Source: a virus (taxonomy: Duplodnaviria; Caudoviricetes). Taken from it: a stretch of 42,597 bases of DNA. Below, one piece after another: positions 9,943-16,935 of the stretch. Every line of letters starts with the position of its first letter. The first letter of the stretch is position 1. The DNA is taken from IMG/VR virus record IMGVR_UViG_3300024996_000139, positions 1-42,597 of that record; one strand, 5' to 3'. Made by a program: the position numbers and the translations under genes. Under the pieces are notes generated by a model. It ran no database searches and was not told where the DNA came from. It saw only the letters and a list, made by a program, of their open reading frames with translations.

Positions 9943-11049
9943 CTACCGTCCCTCCTTTGCGGGCGGGGCGGCAATCGCCGCTTCGCGCATGGCCTTGACG
10001 GCGGCATTGAGGCAATCCTTGCGCGTGTCAGCCCGGAAGTAGCGATCTTCCCAGCCGGTCCATGACGCATTGATCACGACGCACTCGTTGGGCAACCCGT
10101 TGAAATCCGGGTTCGGCGAGCAGAATGCAACGGTATCGCCCTCTCCATCCGTTAGCTGGTCAATGAACGTGTCCGTGGAAGGCTGCGCGCTCGCGATGTC
10201 CTGCCAGCCGTCTCCGCTCTGGCCCATCAGTGCGAGGATGGTGGCGGCACGGTCGAGACGCTCGATCTCGGCAAGGATCAGGGCGCCGGCCTTCACCAGA
10301 TCGCGGCGGCGGTCCTTCGGCTTCCACCATAGCCAATCCCACGGCCAACGCGCAGGAGGTGGAAGCTTGTTGATGTCATAGCTGTCGCCGAACATATCCT
10401 TGTCGGCATGGCGCTGCATGTAGCACCAAGCGGCCGTCAGCATTTCCCCTTTATCATGGGCATCGTCGTGCTCGGGCGTCCAACCCTCGGCCTCGATCTG
10501 CCGGTGACGCTCGGCCAGCACGTCTTGCGCTGCCTCCGTCTCCCGCGCGGGCTGGGGAGAGGCTGGCAAACCCTCGACCATGTGGCGCACCATGGCGGTG
10601 GCCTGTACGCCATCGAGCAGGTTGGTGCCGACTGGCTCGTGCTTGCCGGGCCACGGGGTGCCCTCACCATAGGTCTTCTGGAAGCTGATGCCTCCGTCAG
10701 GGTTGAAAGTTTCAGGCAGCTTCCACATGAGGAAGCGCTGCACCATGTGCTTGATCTGCGCGTCGTCCAGCGCTGCCGGGATGGTGACCGTCGCGTCGCC
10801 CTCTGGCTCGTTGTCCCAGGCCACCGCCTCCGCGAACTTCTCGACGGCGCGATCAAGCTGCCGGATCGCTTTGGCAGACTGGTCCTCGTAAGCAACAATA
10901 CGTGCTGCGATGATCAGCTCACGGATATCGGCGCCGGCCGCCTGCGCAGATGCGGCGCGCATCTGCTGGATCTCGGCCTCGACAACGTCCGAACTGACGC
11001 CCTGGCTCTCGCGCTGGGCGCGGAGCATCTGTTCGCGGTCGATGCTCAT
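9943..11049 (-). CDS. Mosaic accessory protein with a MazG-like/Ead-type helical domain
   Basis: Internal DVLAERHRQIEAEGWTPEHDD...RRRDLVKAGALILAEIERLDR domain flanked by unrelated modules. Confidence 0.8.
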   Translation of the reverse strand: MSIDREQMLRAQRESQGVSSDVVEAEIQQMRAASAQAAGADIRELIIAARIVAYEDQSAKAIRQLDRAVEKFAEAVAWDNEPEGDATVTIPAALDDAQIKHMVQRFLMWKLPETFNPDGGISFQKTYGEGTPWPGKHEPVGTNLLDGVQATAMVRHMVEGLPASPQPARETEAAQDVLAERHRQIEAEGWTPEHDDAHDKGEMLTAAWCYMQRHADKDMFGDSYDINKLPPPARWPWDWLWWKPKDRRRDLVKAGALILAEIERLDRAATILALMGQSGDGWQDIASAQPSTDTFIDQLTDGEGDTVAFCSPNPDFNGLPNECVVINASWTGWEDRYFRADTRKDCLNAAVKAMREAAIAAPPAKEGR

Positions 11050-11573
11050 TGCCGCGCACCGTCGGCGATGATGCGGGTGATCGCCTCAGCGAGCTGGGCG
11101 GCCTCGAGCCCGTGCTCCTCGACCTCGTCGCGCGAGAAGCCATCCTCATACAGCCGCCAGTCGATGGCCTCGCCATGCTCGGCCTCGAGCCGCAGCATGG
11201 CGAAGGCCATGGCATCGCGGCGCAGAACGTCAGGCCGGGAGAGGCCGCGACGGGTCGCATGCAGCATCATCTGGCCAAGCGTGGCGCCGGAGCAGAGCGG
11301 CTCGACGCCGTAATCGCGCGCAATCACCTTGGTGCGGGCGATCAGCAGCACGTCGGCGAGCGCCTCCTCACGGGCGAGGCTGACATAGCGGCGCACCAGG
11401 GCGCGGCAGGCGGCGCGCGAGGGGGCCAGCGGATCGAAAGCCGGCGCCTGCGCGACCGGCACGGGTTCCGGTTCGACGTCCGGCACGCGCGCGCGAATGA
11501 CGCGGAGCTGGGTGCGGAAGACCTGTCGGGCTTTGATCGGGGTACGGCGGGGAAGCTCGAAAGCGATTGACAT
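11046..11573 (-). CDS. First gene of the leftward early operon, hypothetical
   Basis: AGGAGAGG RBS before MSIAFEL; lies downstream of PL/OL. Confidence 0.75.
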   Translation of the reverse strand: MSIAFELPRRTPIKARQVFRTQLRVIRARVPDVEPEPVPVAQAPAFDPLAPSRAACRALVRRYVSLAREEALADVLLIARTKVIARDYGVEPLCSGATLGQMMLHATRRGLSRPDVLRRDAMAFAMLRLEAEHGEAIDWRLYEDGFSRDEVEEHGLEAAQLAEAITRIIADGARQ

Positions 11574-11599
11574 GTGCCTCTCCTGTGAAGGTGAGGCAC

Positions 11600-11652
11600 A
11601 TGATTTCGGCAAATCAGAAATCAGTCAATGAAAAATTTCCGAGAAACGGAAA
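11600..11652 (-). promoter_or_regulatory. PL promoter with two OL operators
   Basis: Minus-strand TTGACT (11628-11623), 17 nt, AATCAT (11605-11600); operators TTTCGGCAAATCAGAAA 11604-11620 and TTTCCGAGAAACGGAAA 11636-11652. Confidence 0.75.
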
Positions 11653-11665
11653 TCGCTCATTGCGA

Positions 11666-12145
11666 CTACCCTGCGCGAGATGCTCTTTCGCGCTCGTCGA
11701 CAAAGCTCGTCAGCAGCTCGATGCTCGGAAATGCCAGAACGCGATCGCCGACCAGCACGTTTATCGCGCCGCCGGATGCGGACTGATACGGATAGCTCCG
11801 GTAGACGCCATCAACGCGGAAATCCGACGATGCGGCTTGCGACGAGGGCTGACTCGGTTGGGTGCGTTCGACGCCGGGGCGCGGAAGCATAATTGCATGG
11901 GTTAACGCGATGGGCAGAAGCCAGAAGCCATATAGCCACCAATTGGAGGCGGTGCGACCTTTGAATCCGGCAACGATTGCGGGGATGAAAGCGAGCACTA
12001 TGTCAAAGATGAACAGAAATCCCGGGAAAGGAAGACTATACCTCTCTCCGTAGAGGATGATCCAGGCAAAAATGCTCAAAAGCCACGCGGAGATTACAAG
12101 TACCGGGTGGCGGTCGGAAAATGTTTCGGTCTGGTTGTTTTCCAT
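11666..12145 (-). CDS. Membrane protein co-transcribed with cI, superinfection-immunity-like
   Basis: About three hydrophobic segments incl. FIPAIVAGFKGRTASNWWLYGFWLLPIAL; AT-richer; directly downstream of cI. Confidence 0.7.
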   Translation of the reverse strand: MENNQTETFSDRHPVLVISAWLLSIFAWIILYGERYSLPFPGFLFIFDIVLAFIPAIVAGFKGRTASNWWLYGFWLLPIALTHAIMLPRPGVERTQPSQPSSQAASSDFRVDGVYRSYPYQSASGGAINVLVGDRVLAFPSIELLTSFVDERERASRAG

Positions 12146-12173
12146 CGCGCAGCCCCCCTCTTCGGTCCACTCT

Positions 12174-12833
12174 TTAAAACGGGGCCCATCTGCCAATTAC
12201 CAGCCCCGTAATTTCGACCGTGGTGCCATTCGTATCGTCGCGATCATGCAGTTTTGTCACGCAGATCGGCTCCTGAAACCTCTCGTCATCGGTGCGAGGC
12301 CAGAGCTCAAAGCCTCCGTCAACAATCATCAGCTGCTTCACAGTACGTTCAAGGGTCTGACCGCGCCTTCGTTCGACAATCACGACGTCGCCGTCGTGGG
12401 GCGCCTTCCGAGCCATCCAATAGGGGACGGCCAACACAAAATCCCCATCAAAGATGCGCAGACCGCTCATTGAGGGGCCTGCGACCTTATAGGCGAACTG
12501 TTCTAGATGCGCCCATTTGCCAACCGTCGGAATTAAATCCTCGTAAGGAGATTCGTCGAAGTATTCGTATTCCATCCACGCGCCCGCTTGAACAAAGCCC
12601 TTCACCGATACAGACCTTACCCGGTGAGGTACTTCCGTCGCCGTTGTGTGGAGCGTCGGCGAATCAATCTCTAGGTAATCGGAAATGAGTGGGAGCTCGG
12701 CAAGCCGAACAGGCCGCTCCCCCTTGAGGATCGCGGTTACTACCTGATTGCTCCGGTTAATTGCTCGAGCAAGCCCGGACTTTGATTTTCCGGGCTTTTC
12801 TAAGCCCCTCTTGATCCATTCGACATCACTCAT
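12174..12833 (-). CDS. cI: CI-like repressor (HTH plus S24 peptidase)
   Basis: HTH KSGLARAINRSNQVVTAILKGER; VQAG cleavage site; GPSM Ser and TVKQL Lys; probably leaderless from ATG 12833. Confidence 0.92.
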   Translation of the reverse strand: MSDVEWIKRGLEKPGKSKSGLARAINRSNQVVTAILKGERPVRLAELPLISDYLEIDSPTLHTTATEVPHRVRSVSVKGFVQAGAWMEYEYFDESPYEDLIPTVGKWAHLEQFAYKVAGPSMSGLRIFDGDFVLAVPYWMARKAPHDGDVVIVERRRGQTLERTVKQLMIVDGGFELWPRTDDERFQEPICVTKLHDRDDTNGTTVEITGLVIGRWAPF

Positions 12834-12838
12834 GCCGC

Positions 12839-12920
12839 GATTTTCTGCAAAACAGAAATCAACGCAATTCGGATTATCAGAAACATGGCTTGACAAACGT
12901 TTCGGCAAAACAGAAATAAT
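12839..12920. promoter_or_regulatory. OR region: three 17-bp operators with divergent PRM and PR
   Basis: TTTCTGCAAAACAGAAA 12842-12858, ATTCGGATTATCAGAAA 12867-12883, TTTCGGCAAAACAGAAA 12900-12916; TTGACA at 12890-12895. Confidence 0.85.
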
Positions 12921-12927
12921 GCCGCTC

Positions 12928-13152
12928 ATGGAACCTGCCCGATCGATAATTCAGAAGCTAGGTGGAGAATCCGTCGTCGCGGAACTGACGGGCACCGCAT
13001 ACACGGCGCCTTACCGCTGGCAGCATCCGCGCGAGAAAGGCGGGACGGGAGGGATGATCCCTCAAAAGCATATCCCGGTCCTGCTCAAGTTCGCGATGGA
13101 TCATCATATTCCGCTCTCGGCATCGGAATTCTTTTCCGTGGAAGCCGTATGA
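12928..13152 (+). CDS. cro: Cro-like small HTH regulator
   Basis: Divergent from cI; IIQKLGG...VAELTG.AYTAPYRW...GG.IP pattern; alternative ATG at 12919. Confidence 0.85.
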   Translation: MEPARSIIQKLGGESVVAELTGTAYTAPYRWQHPREKGGTGGMIPQKHIPVLLKFAMDHHIPLSASEFFSVEAV

Positions 13153-13388
13153 GGACGTCCGTTCTCGAGAGCGATCGTAGCACCGGGCAGGCACTGTGTT
13201 GCATCCTGCCCGTGGCGCCGCCCGATGCTGGGCGTTTCCTCCCTGGACTTGCCCGAGGCTGGCTCGCCGGCCTCGGGCATCTTTTGGGTGAGGGCGCCGT
13301 AGCGGGCCAGCGCAACCAGCAACCGCACCCGCGCCGGCGACGGCGTCTCATGGTTCACCGCGACAACCTCCAGTTGGCGCAACGCTAA
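13149..13388 (+). CDS. Possible small ORF spanning the structured RNA element
   Basis: ATGA overlap with the cro stop, but the sequence is dominated by hairpins. Confidence 0.35.
   Translation: MRTSVLESDRSTGQALCCILPVAPPDAGRFLPGLARGWLAGLGHLLGEGAVAGQRNQQPHPRRRRRLMVHRDNLQLAQR
13215..13285 (+). ncRNA. suhB/MmgR (alpha-r8)-like RNA motif or tR1-like terminator
   Basis: Small hairpin, TTTCCTCCCT at 13235-13244, GACTT, 13-bp GC stem 13250-13279, then TCTTTT. Confidence 0.65.
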
Positions 13389-13448
13389 GCCTTGCGGGTG
13401 AGCCCCTCTATGGGTTTCCCCGTCGTTTTGACCCCTCGGGAGCGTGGC

Positions 13449-13895
13449 ATGGTGGCTTTCGCCCATGCGGATATCTGGCGAATCAAGGCGGCGACGCGCG
13501 ATCTGATCGAACGCGCGGGCGGTCAGGAACGCGCCGGAAATTGCTGTGGCTACAGCCAGACGCAGATGCAGCGTTTCGCCTCGACCGCGCATCCGGATGT
13601 CATCCCGATACCGGCACTGCTGCTGCTCGAGCGTGATGTTGGCGAGGCGATTGGCACTGCGCTGCTCGCCGAATTGCAGGCGCGGGCCATTGGCCGGGCG
13701 CCACCGGTCGCGTTCGAGGCGAGCTACGCGGCGATGAACCGCCGCATCGCCGACTTGCAGGCCGATATTGCCGAGAGCCTGCGCGATCATCGCCTGTCGC
13801 CGGCCGAGCGGGCCCGCATCGAACGGACGGCGGCCCATGTCGATCGCGCGCTCGAGGCATTCCGCCAGACCATCGCAAAGGGAGAGGTCTCGTGA
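13449..13895 (+). CDS. CII-like phage regulatory protein
   Basis: Position after cro; IKAATRDLIERAGG...LLLLERDVG...RLSPAERARI pattern. Confidence 0.75.
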   Translation: MVAFAHADIWRIKAATRDLIERAGGQERAGNCCGYSQTQMQRFASTAHPDVIPIPALLLLERDVGEAIGTALLAELQARAIGRAPPVAFEASYAAMNRRIADLQADIAESLRDHRLSPAERARIERTAAHVDRALEAFRQTIAKGEVS

Positions 13896-14086
13896 TCGAC
13901 CCCAACCAGATGCATCCGACCCGACCGCCATTGTTGTGGGAGGATGTCGAGGAGATCGAATTGTCGCTGATCCGCGCGCTGCGCGAGGCGATCGGCGACG
14001 CGGTCTGGCTGGCGTGCGATGCCGAAATCCGCCGCGCCGTGCGCCAGCATGTCGGCCGGCCGCTCGCGCAGCGGTTCTTTCCGTGA
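13892..14086 (+). CDS. Small hypothetical protein
   Basis: GGAGAGG RBS; GTGA overlap with the cII-like stop. Confidence 0.65.
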   Translation: MIDPNQMHPTRPPLLWEDVEEIELSLIRALREAIGDAVWLACDAEIRRAVRQHVGRPLAQRFFP

Positions 14087-14100
14087 CGGGAGCCGGCGCT

Positions 14101-15363
14101 ATGAGCCGCTACCTGCCGTATCAGCTCGCCGCGCTCAAGCGTGACAACCCGGTCGACGAGCTGGCCGGGCAGTGGGTCAACCTGCGCAAGGGCCGCAAGG
14201 CCGGCTGGAGCGTCGGCCCGTGCCCGCTATGCTCCAATGATCCGCTTTCCAAAACGGCCGGGCGCTTCGAGTGCTCGCGCGCCGAATGGGTGTGCGCGGT
14301 GTGCTGCGATGGCGGCGACGTGATCCGGCTGCTGATGCAGCGCGCACGCATCGGTTTCGAGGCGGCGGTCGCCGAGCTCGGCGGCGTGACGGAACGCGAA
14401 CCGACAGCCGCGGATGCGCGCGCCGCCGGCCGGCATGCGCATGGGGCAGGGGTGGCGCTCGCGGCCGTGCCTGCCGATTTCGCCGAACTGGCGGATGCCT
14501 GGCGCGATGGCTGGAACAAGGCGCGAGTTCAACAGGAAACGGCGGCGACGTTCCGCGAGACCGAGCGCCGCAAGCTGTTCGCGGTGTGGCGCCAGGCCGT
14601 GCCGGTGAGCGCATCGCAAGCCGAGGATTATTTGGGCGCGCGCGGCCTGCTCATGCCGCCGCGCGCCGTGCTGCGCTGCGCACCGGACTATTGCTATTTC
14701 CACGGCGAGGTCGAGGAGTTCGGCCGCACCGTGCCGCGCATCATCCATCGCGGCCCGGCCATGCTGGCGGCGATCGTCGATAATGACGGCCGCTTTGCCG
14801 GGTTGCACGCGACCTGGATCGACCTCAACAACCCGCCGAAGTTCAAGGCGGTGGTTGCGGATCCAGGCACCGGCGAAGTGCTGGTCGCCAAGAAATCGCG
14901 CGGCACCACCAAGGGGTGCCATCTCGTGTTGTTGCAGCCGCCGGCGCCGACGCGGCTCTATCTCGGCGAGGGTATCGAGACGGTGCTGACGATCTACACC
15001 GCACTGGTGCGCGCTGGCCGAAAGCTCGACGGCATGGCGTTCTGGACCGCGATCGACCTGCATAATCTCGGCGGGCCGGCGGCCGGCACGTTCCCGCATC
15101 CGGAGAAAACGCACGCCAACGGCCACCGCGTGCGCGTGCCCTCGAGCGAGCCGGCCTATGACGGGACTGCGATCGCAATTCCCGACAGCGTGCGCGAGCT
15201 GGTGCTGCTCGGCGATGGCGACAGCGATTCCGTGCTGACGGGCGCGACGCTGGCGCGGGCCGAGGCGCGCTACCGCCGGCCAGGACGGCGCATCGCCACG
15301 GTGATGGCACCGGCGGGGATGGATTTCAACGATCTGGTAATGCAGCGGGAGGATGCGGCGTGA
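14101..15363 (+). CDS. Zinc-finger plus TOPRIM primase-like protein (P4 alpha/DUF7146-type)
   Basis: GPCPLC...VCAVC zinc finger; YLGARG; LGEGIET and LGDGD TOPRIM acidic motifs; G.DFND C-terminus. Confidence 0.88.
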   Translation: MSRYLPYQLAALKRDNPVDELAGQWVNLRKGRKAGWSVGPCPLCSNDPLSKTAGRFECSRAEWVCAVCCDGGDVIRLLMQRARIGFEAAVAELGGVTEREPTAADARAAGRHAHGAGVALAAVPADFAELADAWRDGWNKARVQQETAATFRETERRKLFAVWRQAVPVSASQAEDYLGARGLLMPPRAVLRCAPDYCYFHGEVEEFGRTVPRIIHRGPAMLAAIVDNDGRFAGLHATWIDLNNPPKFKAVVADPGTGEVLVAKKSRGTTKGCHLVLLQPPAPTRLYLGEGIETVLTIYTALVRAGRKLDGMAFWTAIDLHNLGGPAAGTFPHPEKTHANGHRVRVPSSEPAYDGTAIAIPDSVRELVLLGDGDSDSVLTGATLARAEARYRRPGRRIATVMAPAGMDFNDLVMQREDAA

Positions 15364-15371
15364 CGCTCTCA

Positions 15372-16088
15372 CTAAAGCCGTTCCTTCAACCTATCGGCAA
15401 GGAGTTGAATGTTGCGGCTGCAATCCAGGCAACACTCGTAGCATTGTGCGATACTATTGGGCGGATCCAGCACCAAAAGAGTTTCAGGGTTGTTTATGTG
15501 ATGAGCTTGAGCCGCTTTAAGTGCAACCCAAGCGGTCAATTTTCCGGCCTTAAGCTGTATTTCGTCAAACAGTTGAACATCTCCTGCGCGAAAAGCGGGA
15601 GGGACATCGATGGCTACTCTAACCAACGCTTGCCCAAATTCTCTTACAATGGAGGAGCTTGTAATTACTTTGGCCCGCTCAGTGCGCGGCAACCGCTCAA
15701 TATCGGATATTTCTATCATCAGTTGAGCGAGCTGTCCGCCGAAGCCGCGCAAGATTACCAACGCCTTAGAGGCGGCACGATTGTACTCCATGGCCTGTTG
15801 CGCGTTCGTGACTTCAAGCGCTTTTGTCGCCAATGCACTTTGTTGGGTCATAGCCTCGAGTTGTCTCACGACATAGTAGATCGCGACGACTGCGATTCCG
15901 ACAGACGCTATGCCGACAACCAGAGTCTGGTAGCGCTCCAGCCAAAATTCTGCGCAGGACAGATAGGCCTTTCCGGCTTCGCCGGCAGCTATATCGCACC
16001 CACGGGCCATGCCCTGGATCAGCCATGGAGCGACGACAATCGCGAGCAGGCCGAACAGGTAAAAGAACGACGGTTCCAGCTTCTTCAT
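15372..16088 (-). CDS. Moron: two-TM membrane protein with helical cytoplasmic domain, opposite to the operon
   Basis: MKKLEPSFFYLFGLLAIVVAPW and YQTLVVGIASVGIAVVAIYYV hydrophobic segments; visibly AT-richer; alternative ATG at 16100. Confidence 0.8.
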   Translation of the reverse strand: MKKLEPSFFYLFGLLAIVVAPWLIQGMARGCDIAAGEAGKAYLSCAEFWLERYQTLVVGIASVGIAVVAIYYVVRQLEAMTQQSALATKALEVTNAQQAMEYNRAASKALVILRGFGGQLAQLMIEISDIERLPRTERAKVITSSSIVREFGQALVRVAIDVPPAFRAGDVQLFDEIQLKAGKLTAWVALKAAQAHHINNPETLLVLDPPNSIAQCYECCLDCSRNIQLLADRLKERL

Positions 16089-16153
16089 TATGATGCCCAT
16101 CCCCGCGGCAAGATTTGCCACGGCGCACATTGGTCGGCAATGGCGGTGGCGGC

Positions 16154-16744
16154 ATGAGCGTGTTCGCCCGTTTGCCGCGTGCGTCCTATCAGCTGCTCTA
16201 TGCAGACCCCGCCTGGCTGTTCGAAACCTATTCGGCCGCCGGCAAGGGCCGCTCGCCGGAGCAGCATTACGCCTGCATGTCGATCGACGAGCTTTGCGCG
16301 CTGCCCGTGCCGGCGATCGCGGCCGATGATGCGGTGTTGTTCCTGTGGGTCTACGATCCGATGCTGCGCGAGGCGATGCGGCTGATCGAGGCCTGGGGAT
16401 TCCGCTTCAAGACGGTTGGCTATATCTGGGTCAAGACAGTGTCGCCCTCGCTGCGAGACGGGCTGTCGCCGTTCCGGATCTCGACCGGCTACCATACCCG
16501 CAAGGGTGCCGAGCAGTGCTGGATCGCGACGCGGGGCAGGGGCTATGCCCGCGTCTCGAAAGCCGAGCGCCAGGTGGTGCACGCGCCGCTGCGCGAGCAT
16601 AGCAGAAAGCCGGATGAGATCGCCGACAGCATCGTGCGCCTGACCGGCGACGTGCCTCGGCTCGAGCTGTTCGCGCGCACCGCGCGGCCGGGCTGGGATG
16701 CCTGGGGCAATCAGGTCGGTCGCTTCGGCGGGGTGGCGGCATGA
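16154..16744 (+). CDS. MT-A70 family N6-adenine methyltransferase
   Basis: YADPAW, HYACM, LFLW, AWGFRFKT, GYHTR..AE, REHSRKP, LELFAR...GWDAWGNQ. Confidence 0.93.
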   Translation: MSVFARLPRASYQLLYADPAWLFETYSAAGKGRSPEQHYACMSIDELCALPVPAIAADDAVLFLWVYDPMLREAMRLIEAWGFRFKTVGYIWVKTVSPSLRDGLSPFRISTGYHTRKGAEQCWIATRGRGYARVSKAERQVVHAPLREHSRKPDEIADSIVRLTGDVPRLELFARTARPGWDAWGNQVGRFGGVAA

Positions 16745-16935
16745 CATTGCCCCAAAAGCCTCGCGCGACGCGACTGGCTGACGATGGTGGTTGCTTGGCA
16801 GGCGAGCTCAAACGTCTGCGGCACCGTCTGCTCGAGCAGCGGCGCACGCTGGCCGGGCTGACGCGGCGCAATGAGCATCTTGCCGCCGAAAACACCCGGT
16901 TGCGGCGCGAGCTGGCGAGAGGCGGCCGACCATGA
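16741..16935 (+). CDS. Small coiled-coil protein
   Basis: ATGA overlaps at both ends; heptad-like Leu/Arg pattern. Confidence 0.65.
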   Translation: MTLPQKPRATRLADDGGCLAGELKRLRHRLLEQRRTLAGLTRRNEHLAAENTRLRRELARGGRP

